From a virus: a stretch of DNA of 64,000 bases. Below, in pieces: positions 52,978-61,938 of the stretch. Under the pieces are notes generated by a model. That model was given only the letters and a program-made list of their open reading frames with translations. It ran no database searches and was not told where the DNA came from. The position numbers and the translations under genes were made by a program. How positions within the stretch are numbered: position 1 is the first letter of the stretch; each line of letters starts with the position of its first letter. The stretch lies in the IMG/VR virus record IMGVR_UViG_3300045988_165705; one strand, 5' to 3'.

Positions 52978-53561
52978 TCCTTATAATCCTCTCTTTGTTC
53001 AAGAAAGGCCTGTACAAGCTTCTGCTCATCCACACCGCCCTTATCAATAGCGCCAATCAGCTTCGCAACATCGCTGCCGTTTACACCGGCGAACATCTCT
53101 GAAGTCTTTTTGGAAACATCCTCAAAGGACGCCGCAAGCTGCTGCATCTGCTTCTCAATCGCCATGATATTGGTGTTGCAGATGTAGTCGATTTTCTCAT
53201 CAATCGCCCGAAGGATTTCATCAAACTGAGCAGAACTGATATGCTGGCTCACCATCGCTACGGCATCCGTGTTGTAAATAAGCGAATATTGATGCTCCAG
53301 GTTTTCAGGGAGCGTGAAGTTTGCATATCGGGTCAAGAGGTTGCTTTTAATCAGCAGGTCTTTGACCTCCGGCATATATCCCTCGTCATGAAAACAACTG
53401 GACACAACATTGTCCACAAATGCCAGCATCTGTGCAATCGAAATCGTGTGCTTGATAACGACCTCGTTACCAAACCAGTGTTCTGTTGTATCGGGAACTG
53501 TCTGTTCCTTCAGTACTTTATCAAAAGATGCAATCGAAATCTTCTTCTCTTTATTAGCCAT
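52974..53561 (-). CDS. putative tail assembly chaperone
   Basis: 195 aa counted from the ATG at 53561 (9 nt after AAGGAGG). The call rests on position between the major tail protein and the tape measure. Confidence 0.4.
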   Translation of the reverse strand: MANKEKKISIASFDKVLKEQTVPDTTEHWFGNEVVIKHTISIAQMLAFVDNVVSSCFHDEGYMPEVKDLLIKSNLLTRYANFTLPENLEHQYSLIYNTDAVAMVSQHISSAQFDEILRAIDEKIDYICNTNIMAIEKQMQQLAASFEDVSKKTSEMFAGVNGSDVAKLIGAIDKGGVDEQKLVQAFLEQREDYKE

Positions 53562-54009
53562 TGTCAGTGTCCTCCTTTTTGTTCTTGCTGCGCTTTTGCT
53601 CCTTGCGCAAAGTCTGTACGGTTTCATAGTCCAGCCAGCCGCCCCATTTTTTCACATAGGTAATCCAACGGTAGCGCACATCAGGATATGTGTGCCAAAA
53701 CAGCTTCCGTTTGATTTTGGCAACACTGTCTGGACAGCCTTTGGTATCAATCACCTCTGTATGCCCGTCGGCATACTCTATGTAGAAATCTGCCACATAG
53801 GTAATTGGCAGCACCGTCTTTCCATCGTGTGTGAACTTTGGTTGCAGTTCATATTTTTTCTGTAGTTCAAATCGAACTACCTCGCCGCTTTCCACTCCGG
53901 GACAAAGCACATCACGAAAGTATTTCATCTCAAGCTGACTGTCGAACACAATTCCTGCGAATGTTCGTTTGTCCTTATCTTTGTCAACATTGAATTTTGT
54001 TCTCGCCAT
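53554..54009 (-). CDS. DUF1064-type PD-(D/E)XK nuclease
   Basis: FAGIVFDSQLEMKYFRDVL, ELQPKFTHDGKTVLPITYVADFYIEY and VIDTKGCPDSVAKIKRKLF match the DUF1064 pattern closely. Confidence 0.75.
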   Translation of the reverse strand: MARTKFNVDKDKDKRTFAGIVFDSQLEMKYFRDVLCPGVESGEVVRFELQKKYELQPKFTHDGKTVLPITYVADFYIEYADGHTEVIDTKGCPDSVAKIKRKLFWHTYPDVRYRWITYVKKWGGWLDYETVQTLRKEQKRSKNKKEDTDNG

Positions 54010-54023
54010 ATCTCTCCTAATAG

Positions 54024-54054
54024 AAAAAGGGAGGGCGGATTGCTCCACCCTCCC
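54024..54054 (-). terminator. rho-independent terminator inside the tail operon
   Basis: On the minus strand, GGGAGGG pairs with CCCTCCC (7-bp stem) and is followed by TTTTT (the plus-strand A-run at 54024-54028). Confidence 0.55.
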
Positions 54055-54060
54055 GGTTGC

Positions 54061-54339
54061 TTATTCCTCTTCCACAGGTTTCTCGCCGATAGGCTCAGCA
54101 TCAACGACCACCTGTTCAACGACAGGTTCTGCGCACTTCTTGCGCTTGGTCTTCTTCTGCGGATTAACAATCCCACGAGATTCGTTAATCTTTTGCAGAT
54201 AGATTGCACCGCACTCAGGCGAGCAAGCTACTTCCTGCCAGCGAAAGACACCTGCGGCTCGATTGGCACTACGGCAGGCTTCATATTCCTTACCGCACAC
54301 CCGGCATTTCTTGACCGCAGAAGCCATCTGTGTCACCAA
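54061..54339 (-). CDS. small zinc-ribbon protein with Lys-rich acidic tail
   Basis: CRVCGKEYEAC followed by CSPECG. Confidence 0.45.
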   Translation of the reverse strand: MVTQMASAVKKCRVCGKEYEACRSANRAAGVFRWQEVACSPECGAIYLQKINESRGIVNPQKKTKRKKCAEPVVEQVVVDAEPIGEKPVEEE

Positions 54340-54344
54340 CTTTC

Positions 54345-55139
54345 TTAGGCAACATCCTCAGCGTTCGCACCGAAGATGGTATAAGTCCACAGAGCACCGC
54401 TGGTGCCGCAGGCGCCGGACAGAGACTCTGCCTCAAACGCATGAACAGTCTGGTTATCGCCCATCTCGAAGCTGAACTCGCCGTTGAAGTCAGCCTTGGG
54501 GATATAAAACTGGATACGGAACACATTGGCACACTTATCCTCAGCGAAAGCGTCAATGTACAGAGCACACTTGCCAGAGTAGTGGTCGCTCAGGTTCTCC
54601 AGAACATCGGCCTGAATCTGACGCATATAGAACACGACAATTTCAGTGCCATCGGCAATCTCACCCTCGTTAAAGGCAAGCGCCTTGCTGGTAGGATTGT
54701 AAGTGAACACACCCTCAGCGACTTCGGTGCCCTGAGTCAGCGTCTTGCCAAGAGTGCCGTCAGCATTCTTAACATAAACAGACTCAATCTCGTTGCCGGT
54801 CGTACCAACAGCCTTGTACTGTGTGGCAGCTGCGTTGCTGGCGACAGTGAGATAATCCGTCCACTTCACAGTGGTCTTCTTATTTTCAAACTCGCTACCG
54901 ACCTGCAGCTCAAGCAGGCCACCGGACACAAGACCGTTGGTGCCGCTGACGGTAACAGCCTTGTTCTTTTTCAGAGAGTTCAACTTGCGCCCCTGCTTAC
55001 CGGTAATGTCGGTCTTCTCCTGAGTCTGTGCAATGGTCGCATTCTGCAGCTCATCCAGAGTGAACTTGTAGGCGCCTGTCACGATATCAAAAGCATTGAT
55101 GGTCTCAAGGCTGGTGATAGTGATATCATTGATATTCAT
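54345..55139 (-). CDS. major tail protein
   Basis: 264 aa, beta-rich. Its position upstream of the chaperone genes and tape measure, together with the terminator a short distance downstream, is typical of a highly expressed tail tube gene. Confidence 0.6.
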   Translation of the reverse strand: MNINDITITSLETINAFDIVTGAYKFTLDELQNATIAQTQEKTDITGKQGRKLNSLKKNKAVTVSGTNGLVSGGLLELQVGSEFENKKTTVKWTDYLTVASNAAATQYKAVGTTGNEIESVYVKNADGTLGKTLTQGTEVAEGVFTYNPTSKALAFNEGEIADGTEIVVFYMRQIQADVLENLSDHYSGKCALYIDAFAEDKCANVFRIQFYIPKADFNGEFSFEMGDNQTVHAFEAESLSGACGTSGALWTYTIFGANAEDVA

Positions 55140-55152
55140 ATAGACATTCCTC

Positions 55153-55869
55153 CTATTTATGGGTTAGCCAATTCCAATCGTCTTGGCTTAGGTCTTTTGC
55201 GCTGACTGTGCCAGCATAGATGCCGTGCATCTTGTTGTCATAGTCGATTTTCTTGATAATCTGTCGCACGCTTTCATTGAACTGATAGATTGAGAGTTCT
55301 CGTGTCCCCTCAAATCCATAGTGATACTGTTCCGTATTGACGAGCGCAACAATCAGCTCTTCAAGTTGAGAAGCGTTTTCTCGGTTGCGCTGTCTGCGCA
55401 TTTTTTTGCGTGCGCGTTCAATCATGTATTCTTTGGCTTCACCGTTAGCTGGTTTACGATTGTCCTTCTCAAGATGGTGAATTTTCCTGAGCGCACCAGC
55501 AATCTGTGCGTGAATAGCCCGGTCGATAACTACCCCTGAGCCTTCATCGACCAACACAATGTTTCCGTTCTGCTCGTTTACGGCAGTCTGGAATCGCTTC
55601 AAATCAAGGTCTGCAAAAACAAGAGAGGTATCTTGTTCTTTCAGGGTGCCGACCAAAAGAAGGAAAAGGTCATATTCATCAATGGTGGTAAAGTCGATTC
55701 CGATATCATCAAGCTGAACCATCATATCAATCGGCATAGCCGTCAGCATCGCTACAATGCTGTAGTATCCGTCTTCACATTCCAGGATTTCTCCAACCGT
55801 TGGAATCTTGATGTGAATAGCATCATTGATGTCGTACTCACGCCGATAAAGCATATTTCTTGTACGCAT
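55153..55869 (-). CDS. hypothetical head-tail module protein
   Basis: 238-aa ORF, in operon context. Confidence 0.4.
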   Translation of the reverse strand: MRTRNMLYRREYDINDAIHIKIPTVGEILECEDGYYSIVAMLTAMPIDMMVQLDDIGIDFTTIDEYDLFLLLVGTLKEQDTSLVFADLDLKRFQTAVNEQNGNIVLVDEGSGVVIDRAIHAQIAGALRKIHHLEKDNRKPANGEAKEYMIERARKKMRRQRNRENASQLEELIVALVNTEQYHYGFEGTRELSIYQFNESVRQIIKKIDYDNKMHGIYAGTVSAKDLSQDDWNWLTHK

Positions 55870-56379
55870 TTATCCGGTCTTCCTGTTGGATGGAACGGGC
55901 TTGCCTGTGGGCGATACCCGATTGAAATCCTTTGCCTGGAATGTCATAACCTTTCCCTGATAATCCGTCACCGGAGCGAACCTTTTTACTGCGTATAAAT
56001 CCATCTCGCCAAGCCCGTAGTATCTGCTTCCGTTTACCGCTTTGGCGATTTCAGAACACAGCCTGTCCACTCTGACGCCGCCCTTTGGCAGCTTCATCTT
56101 GCTTTTATGGGTAAAGACCCAAACATACAGGACAGGAATTAAAAAGGTTTTGTTCAGCGACTTTTGTACATCCACATCACAGCAGATAAAGGTCTGACCA
56201 TGCTCAATGGTGTCCGGTACATATTCAAAGGGGAATACCTGTGAACATACAAACCTCTCCGGTTGGTCGCTGTCTTTGTAGTTGTCGTCCAGAAGACGAA
56301 TGATTTCTGCGTTTGTCAGCAGGTCATCCATCAGCTGGTTCTTATAGTCGTAAAACTCTTCAAGTTGCATCAGAACCAC
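55870..56379 (-). CDS. hypothetical head-tail module protein
   Basis: 169-aa ORF, in operon context. Confidence 0.4.
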   Translation of the reverse strand: MVLMQLEEFYDYKNQLMDDLLTNAEIIRLLDDNYKDSDQPERFVCSQVFPFEYVPDTIEHGQTFICCDVDVQKSLNKTFLIPVLYVWVFTHKSKMKLPKGGVRVDRLCSEIAKAVNGSRYYGLGEMDLYAVKRFAPVTDYQGKVMTFQAKDFNRVSPTGKPVPSNRKTG

Positions 56380-57149
56380 ACCTTCTTTCCGCCGGTGGTG
56401 TCACCGCCCGGTGTTTCTCCGCCGTCTTTGCCGGGTTCATCAGGCGTACTGTCCTGCCCGTCTCTCGGGAAGTACTTGTAATAGTTGGCAATGTGCAGTT
56501 CAAAGTTATCGGTGTCCTCGGTATTGCATTCGGTCAGAACATAATTTAAGACACCGCTCCCATTGAAGCTCCCGCCGAGCTTAAACGGCTTTGTCAGACG
56601 ATAGGCAAGAATGTCATGAGTGTCGTAGTCATCAATCAAGAACCGACTTTCGCGGTTCAACTGAATGGAGTACTCATCCTTCGCAATCGTCAAGGATACT
56701 CTGGAATCACCGCGAACGACAATGTATTCGTTGTCTCCGTATTCACCGGTCAGATATTTTGTTCCATCGGTGATGATACACCATCGTTCAACAATCGTTC
56801 CATCCGCCGCTACCCAACGCAACAGATAATTGCACTGCTGCATAGTGCCTTTGGCGTACAGTCCGTTGTTAGCATCCTTTTCTGTGATAAGCCAATAGTT
56901 GTCCATCCAATGCACAAGGCCGCCGTGCGGCAAATCCTCTCCCGGCATTGTACACAGCGTTTTCATATTCAGATTGTCCGAATTGATAACTGCTAACTCT
57001 CGTGGCTGCCCATTGATAGTCAGCTTGTGGTAGGACAGACTCGAAGGAAGCTTTGCGTTCAAAAAGGCACACTCTCTACGCTTTACGGCATCCCTTTTGT
57101 TTGTGCCGTTCGCTGCCATTCTGGCCTGATAAGTACTCCAGGGATTCAT
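56370..57149 (-). CDS. hypothetical head-tail module protein
   Basis: 259 aa counted from the ATG at 57149, which overlaps the upstream stop (TAATG). Confidence 0.4.
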   Translation of the reverse strand: MNPWSTYQARMAANGTNKRDAVKRRECAFLNAKLPSSLSYHKLTINGQPRELAVINSDNLNMKTLCTMPGEDLPHGGLVHWMDNYWLITEKDANNGLYAKGTMQQCNYLLRWVAADGTIVERWCIITDGTKYLTGEYGDNEYIVVRGDSRVSLTIAKDEYSIQLNRESRFLIDDYDTHDILAYRLTKPFKLGGSFNGSGVLNYVLTECNTEDTDNFELHIANYYKYFPRDGQDSTPDEPGKDGGETPGGDTTGGKKVWF

Positions 57150-57493
57150 TACGACACCTCCTGCTGTATGGCGTACCTCGCTTTCAGCTTGTTGCAAATC
57201 GAAATGGCGCGAAACACCTCTCGCTTTACAACGCTTACTTCGCATTCGGGCGTATCAATCAGGTATTGCAAAATTGCAATCAATGACAGAAGAAGCGGGT
57301 CGTCGTGAATTGCTTCGATAAGCTCCTTACACCCAAGCAGTTCCGCCTGGAGACTTCTCATATAAACTTCCAATGAACTTTCTCCGCTTTCCTTAATAGG
57401 AAGAATCTTAAAGAAAAGATTTACGAGGGTGCGGAAATAGTTGTTCAGCATCGTGGCGTCCATCGGCACGCCTACCGTGGTCTGAATCATCAT
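57149..57493 (-). CDS. hypothetical head-tail module protein
   Basis: 114-aa ORF with ATGA-type coupling to the upstream gene. Confidence 0.4.
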   Translation of the reverse strand: MMIQTTVGVPMDATMLNNYFRTLVNLFFKILPIKESGESSLEVYMRSLQAELLGCKELIEAIHDDPLLLSLIAILQYLIDTPECEVSVVKREVFRAISICNKLKARYAIQQEVS

Positions 57494-57939
57494 ATATGCA
57501 AGTCCGTCAAATCCCCGTGGTTGTACGAATACTCCCTCATCATATTCGTAAAATCCTTTTGAGCTGCTTTGTATGCGTTTCCAATCCGCATCAGCAGTTC
57601 GGCGGGGGAATAGGTGGTAAAGTCTCTTGTGTTCAAAACGCTTTCAAGACTTTCCTGCCTGTATGTAAAAGGTTTCATCCACTGTACCAGCATACCTTCG
57701 GAAATAATATCCGCCAGCTCATCCAAATCCCCATCGGCAATGTCGATATCAAACTCACGGATGACATCATCGCCGGTAGTCGAAAGGTCGTACTTGCAGA
57801 TTTTTCTGAAAGCTGCGATGGCTCGCTTCATGTAACCGTCAATCAATGAGTTGCGCTCAAATACACGCATATTGACGAAATCGAATTCTGATACTTTAGA
57901 GAGGAACGCACCCGTGAACACATCATAAGAAACACTCAT
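57490..57939 (-). CDS. putative head-tail connector/adaptor
   Basis: 149 aa. The call rests on its position as the second gene downstream of the capsid gene. Confidence 0.4.
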   Translation of the reverse strand: MSVSYDVFTGAFLSKVSEFDFVNMRVFERNSLIDGYMKRAIAAFRKICKYDLSTTGDDVIREFDIDIADGDLDELADIISEGMLVQWMKPFTYRQESLESVLNTRDFTTYSPAELLMRIGNAYKAAQKDFTNMMREYSYNHGDLTDLHI

Positions 57940-57955
57940 CCGCCGTCACGCTCCT

Positions 57956-58519
57956 TTATCGTTCCACCAGCTCAACACCAAGACATTTCTCCAATGTGTT
58001 AATCACCCGGTTTGAATCGATTTCCTCCTCTGCGATAAGCTGCTTGGCACGATACGCCACAGACTTCCGCTGCCCCTCCGAGAGCTTGGAAATAATATCC
58101 TCAATCTCGCCAACGGGCTTCTTGAACAACTGGTCGAAATCCTGAATGTTCAAGGAGTTTTTGTAATACTGTCTCATGCCGAGATAGTCGATAACCCAGT
58201 CTTCATCAAACATGAACCAGTTGTTGATGAAATATTTCTTGTTGGAGTTCCTTGCGTTTTTCAGTTCGCTCAACTCCATATCCTGCTCTGCTCCAAAAGA
58301 CTCCCAGCTCCAGCGCTCGCCGGTGCGCTTGCTCTTATAGACAAGTCGCCCCTGGAAGCCATTGCGAACAGTGATAATCTGATTGGGGTCAATCTCCTTC
58401 GGCACCACAGGCTTTTTTGTGGTTTCAGAGACTTCCGCAGCAGGCCGCTCTGCGGCGGTGCTTGTGCCCTCTGCCGGACTGCGGCGTGTTCTGGGCTTGC
58501 TTACTGTTTCGTTAGACAT
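57956..58519 (-). CDS. hypothetical protein with basic disordered N-terminus
   Basis: 187-aa ORF downstream of the capsid gene. Confidence 0.4.
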   Translation of the reverse strand: MSNETVSKPRTRRSPAEGTSTAAERPAAEVSETTKKPVVPKEIDPNQIITVRNGFQGRLVYKSKRTGERWSWESFGAEQDMELSELKNARNSNKKYFINNWFMFDEDWVIDYLGMRQYYKNSLNIQDFDQLFKKPVGEIEDIISKLSEGQRKSVAYRAKQLIAEEEIDSNRVINTLEKCLGVELVER

Positions 58520-58542
58520 AATATCTCCCTTTCATACATAAT

Positions 58543-58569
58543 GCGGGGCTCACAAGGAGCCCCGCTTTT
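58543..58569. terminator. stem-loop downstream of the capsid gene
   Basis: GCGGGGCTC pairs with GAGCCCCGC (9-bp stem). The T-run lies on the plus-strand side only, so function on the minus-strand transcript is uncertain. Confidence 0.4.
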
Positions 58570-58585
58570 GTCTGCTGTTTGTCCG

Positions 58586-59599
58586 TTAGGCGATTTCGTA
58601 ACGACCAATACCGGCGTTGCCGCCAGCAAGGACGATACCCATGCCGTACTTCTCGCCATACAGGTACTCCTGAGTCAGGTCACCGTTGGCGGTAGGCTCA
58701 CCCATGATAACAATGGGGTCGCCTTCGTACACGCACTTGATGGGCTTGTCGTCACCGGCGATAATGGTCAGCATATCGTCTGCCAGCACGAAGTCGGTAG
58801 AGCCGACCTTATGACGCTGGGGTGCCACCACGACAGGAGTGCCGTAGAACTTACCGGCATAGCCCATGTTGTACAGGTCTTCCTTAGCCTTGTCACCCAT
58901 AGGAGTGACATCCAGGTTGCGGATGGCCTTCTTGGTGCCGATAATGGTAGCAGCCTTGCCGCCGGCAGCAGCCTCGACATGAGCAATCAGGTCGAGCAGC
59001 TCGTCCTCATCGTAAGCACCGGCAGCGGGGAAATAGGTCACGCCGCCAAAGTCCTGCGCAGATGCATTGCTCCACAGAGCATACACATCGTTGAGCAGCT
59101 TCTGACGGAAGGACTCAGCCACCTTGTTGATAAAGTGGTTAAAGTCAACACGACCGGAAAGCACACGGTTGAGTTCTTCGTAAATCTTCACAACCTTCAG
59201 TGAAGTGGGAATAGACACTTCGCTGAAGCCGCCAAGACGCTGACGACGGATGCCCTGAGTGCCGTCCGCTGCCTCGGATACGATGAACAGGGTGCTGTCC
59301 TCCACCTCAAAGAGGTTCTTATCGCCCTCGGCAACATTGCGGAAGTCAACCAGTGCGTTAAAATACTCATCGCCCTGCAGACCTTCCACGACGGTGCGAC
59401 TGAGGACTTCCTCAATCAGGGTGAACAGACCGCTGCACTTGCCGTCACGGATGTTCTTGTAATTCAAAGTTGTGCTGCCGCCATTGGCCTCAATCAGAGC
59501 CTTCTGCAAAAGCTCCATAGACTGACCAACGGAATACTGCTCAACATTGCCGTGATAAGCATCGACGGCAATCTTGATGATATCTTTCATTTCAGCCAT
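58586..59599 (-). CDS. major capsid protein candidate
   Basis: 337 aa. The call rests on position after the scaffold-like gene and before the connector genes, and on the strong stem-loop downstream. Confidence 0.55.
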   Translation of the reverse strand: MAEMKDIIKIAVDAYHGNVEQYSVGQSMELLQKALIEANGGSTTLNYKNIRDGKCSGLFTLIEEVLSRTVVEGLQGDEYFNALVDFRNVAEGDKNLFEVEDSTLFIVSEAADGTQGIRRQRLGGFSEVSIPTSLKVVKIYEELNRVLSGRVDFNHFINKVAESFRQKLLNDVYALWSNASAQDFGGVTYFPAAGAYDEDELLDLIAHVEAAAGGKAATIIGTKKAIRNLDVTPMGDKAKEDLYNMGYAGKFYGTPVVVAPQRHKVGSTDFVLADDMLTIIAGDDKPIKCVYEGDPIVIMGEPTANGDLTQEYLYGEKYGMGIVLAGGNAGIGRYEIA

Positions 59600-59620
59600 A
59601 GTTATTCTCCTCCCTTCAAA

Positions 59621-60127
59621 TTAACCACCAACGGTCTCGGTCTTACCAAGCTTGATGACATAGTAGGTGTAACGACCGGCGACCTCGATATCTGCGCAGA
59701 CACCAAGCCCGGTAGCAGCAGCATCAATCTTGCCACCAGTACCAATGCCGACCTTGGCGCCCTTGGTGGGAACAGTACCGCCCACAAAACCCTCTTTGGT
59801 CACGGAGAAAATGTTGCGGCTGCGGGGGATATAACCACGCACTGCTTTACCGGCCTCGTTGATATACTCATCGAGGTTCTTCTTGCGCTCATCGTACATA
59901 ACCTCAACGCCAGCAACGATAGCGCACTCATTCAGGTCATCGCTTGCGGTAGCAGCGATAGCCTTCATCACCTCGCGCTCACCGTCTTCATAGCCCCGAA
60001 GCTTGACGATGACGCCGTTTTCAACCTCGGCGGGCTGACCGTCCGCACCATAAAAGCGCAGAGAAACAAGGTCAGCAGGCTGTTTGGTACCGCTCATCAA
60101 ATCGGTACGGATAACTGTATAAGCCAT
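59621..60127 (-). CDS. head auxiliary/decoration protein candidate
   Basis: 168-aa ORF immediately upstream of the capsid gene. Confidence 0.35.
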   Translation of the reverse strand: MAYTVIRTDLMSGTKQPADLVSLRFYGADGQPAEVENGVIVKLRGYEDGEREVMKAIAATASDDLNECAIVAGVEVMYDERKKNLDEYINEAGKAVRGYIPRSRNIFSVTKEGFVGGTVPTKGAKVGIGTGGKIDAAATGLGVCADIEVAGRYTYYVIKLGKTETVGG

Positions 60128-60151
60128 AATCGACTCCTCCTTGTTATTTAT

Positions 60152-61693
60152 TTAATTGTGCTGATTGGGCTTGGAAAAGCCATACTCAGCAAACGCACCG
60201 CCATAAGGCTCCTGCGTCGGTTCTGTTCGCTGGATGGGCAGTTTGGGGGCTTTGGGTTCATAAGAGAACTTTGCGGTCACGCCGCTTCTGCCACGGATTG
60301 CGTAGCATTTTTCCTCCAAAACATCTGCCGTGTAGTCCATGCAGTGCTCACGCAGATTTTCAAATGCCTCGACGCCGACCAAGTCTTCAAACTGAGCGAA
60401 GACTTCATCCCGCTCGCCCTTGGCAATGGCGTTCTCGGTGTCTGTCTTAAACTGGCGCAAAGTGCCAAGCTCGTTCTCCATAGACGAAATCGTGTCGGAG
60501 GCGGTCTGGTACTTCTCCGCCCACTGAGCATCATTTGCGGTGTACTTCTCAGTAACCTTTGCAAACATACCGCTGATGGGGTCAGCCTGCCCGCCCTCGT
60601 CAAACGGGACAAGTGCAAGCTTCATGCGTTTCTTACCGGCAAAATCAATGACCACATGGTCGCCATCCATTGAGTAAGGAAAACCGTAAAGATTCCAGTC
60701 CGTGACATCGGTTGCGTACACTTCAGACGCATCCCGGTCATAGTCCCAGAACCAATAATGAGAATCCATGCCCCAGCAGGTCTCAACCTTTTCTGCCTCC
60801 AGAGCGCCAAACAGCTCCTGACGGAACTGGCTCTCCAGGGCGAAGTTTTCAGCACCTTTCTCGGGTTCTGCTGCGGGAGCAGCGGTGGCGGGTTTCAACT
60901 CTTCAAACTTAGCCCGAAGCTCTTCCACAGAAAACTCCTCAATGTTGAAGTCAAGCATATCGGCAGTCAGGCCGAATTCTGCCATCAGTGCAACTTTCTG
61001 TTCCAATACCTCTTCTCCTCCTTCCGAATAATTTTGTGGGTGTATGCCAACCTCTTGCGAGGGTTGTGCTGTAGTAAACGAATCCTTGAATTCTCGCATC
61101 ATCATTGCAAGCTGCTGTTTGAAATCATCACATGAGAACATCTCCAGCGATGCTGATTCATAGCACGGCTTTGCCGTACCCAAGAGGCAGAAGGCAGTAA
61201 ACTCAAATCGGTCGATAACATATACGCCATCGACCATTCCGCCCTCTTTCACGGTAATCTCCATGGACTCATCCGTGATGCCGTCGTCTTTGATTTTGCG
61301 GTATGCTTCCTGCCGTTTCCAGATAAGCGCATCCACGCAGAGGTATTCGTGCAGGCCGGAGTCATCTTCAATTTCCTCCCACCAATACTTTGCGCTTTCA
61401 GGAATCACACCTACCGGCTGCGTGATATTCACAATCCGCATTCCATTATCGTCAGAGACAAGCTCCATATCATGTGACCCGATGGTATCTGATTCCCTGT
61501 CGTAGTTGCACACAATAGGACAGTTATAGATACTCGGCATACATCGTTCAAAGGTTTCCTTGCTGATGAAGCTGTTATTGCGGTTTTTCCCGGTGTACGC
61601 TACACGGAGAACGCCGCTGTCAAAAGACGAATTGCGTTCAACAAGATTGCGTATCCCGGAAGAGAACACGATACTCATGTTTCTCTCGCCCAT
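60152..61693 (-). CDS. prohead protease/scaffold-like protein (XkdF-position)
   Basis: 513 aa counted from the ATG at 61693 behind AAGGTGGTGA. The N-terminal globular part contains IGSHDMELV. The C-terminal half is helical and acidic, as in scaffolds. Confidence 0.4.
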   Translation of the reverse strand: MGERNMSIVFSSGIRNLVERNSSFDSGVLRVAYTGKNRNNSFISKETFERCMPSIYNCPIVCNYDRESDTIGSHDMELVSDDNGMRIVNITQPVGVIPESAKYWWEEIEDDSGLHEYLCVDALIWKRQEAYRKIKDDGITDESMEITVKEGGMVDGVYVIDRFEFTAFCLLGTAKPCYESASLEMFSCDDFKQQLAMMMREFKDSFTTAQPSQEVGIHPQNYSEGGEEVLEQKVALMAEFGLTADMLDFNIEEFSVEELRAKFEELKPATAAPAAEPEKGAENFALESQFRQELFGALEAEKVETCWGMDSHYWFWDYDRDASEVYATDVTDWNLYGFPYSMDGDHVVIDFAGKKRMKLALVPFDEGGQADPISGMFAKVTEKYTANDAQWAEKYQTASDTISSMENELGTLRQFKTDTENAIAKGERDEVFAQFEDLVGVEAFENLREHCMDYTADVLEEKCYAIRGRSGVTAKFSYEPKAPKLPIQRTEPTQEPYGGAFAEYGFSKPNQHN

Positions 61694-61747
61694 ATCACAG
61701 TTCACCACCTTTGGCTAAAATAAATCCACGCTTTATGCAAGCGTGGG

Positions 61748-61924
61748 TCAGAATGTCAGTGTGTCTGACAGTACATATCGAATATCCTCGTCTTCAAAAT
61801 TCAGATTGCCTGTATTCAAAAACACAAAGATATGTTTCTCGTTATTTTGCCCCATCATTTCACATCCTCTGGACAGCAACTGGTCACGAGTTTTTTCGTC
61901 AAACACATAAATGAAATTCTCCAT
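61748..61924 (-). CDS. hypothetical small protein
   Basis: 58 aa. The ATG at 61924 lies 7 nt after GGAGGT. Confidence 0.35.
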   Translation of the reverse strand: MENFIYVFDEKTRDQLLSRGCEMMGQNNEKHIFVFLNTGNLNFEDEDIRYVLSDTLTF

Positions 61925-61938
61925 ATACATACCTCCGA

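Noticed and set aside
52974-53000. Possible programmed -1 frameshift between the two genes upstream of the tape measure (G/GT-type chaperone)
   Set aside because: The second ORF has its own ATG in an ATGA overlap. I found no slippery heptamer by eye, so this cannot be supported.
59552-60673. 373-aa plus-strand ORF (and 58541-59203, 220 aa)
   Set aside because: Both lie antisense to the capsid, head-auxiliary and scaffold genes. They have no translation signals and are not in an operon context.
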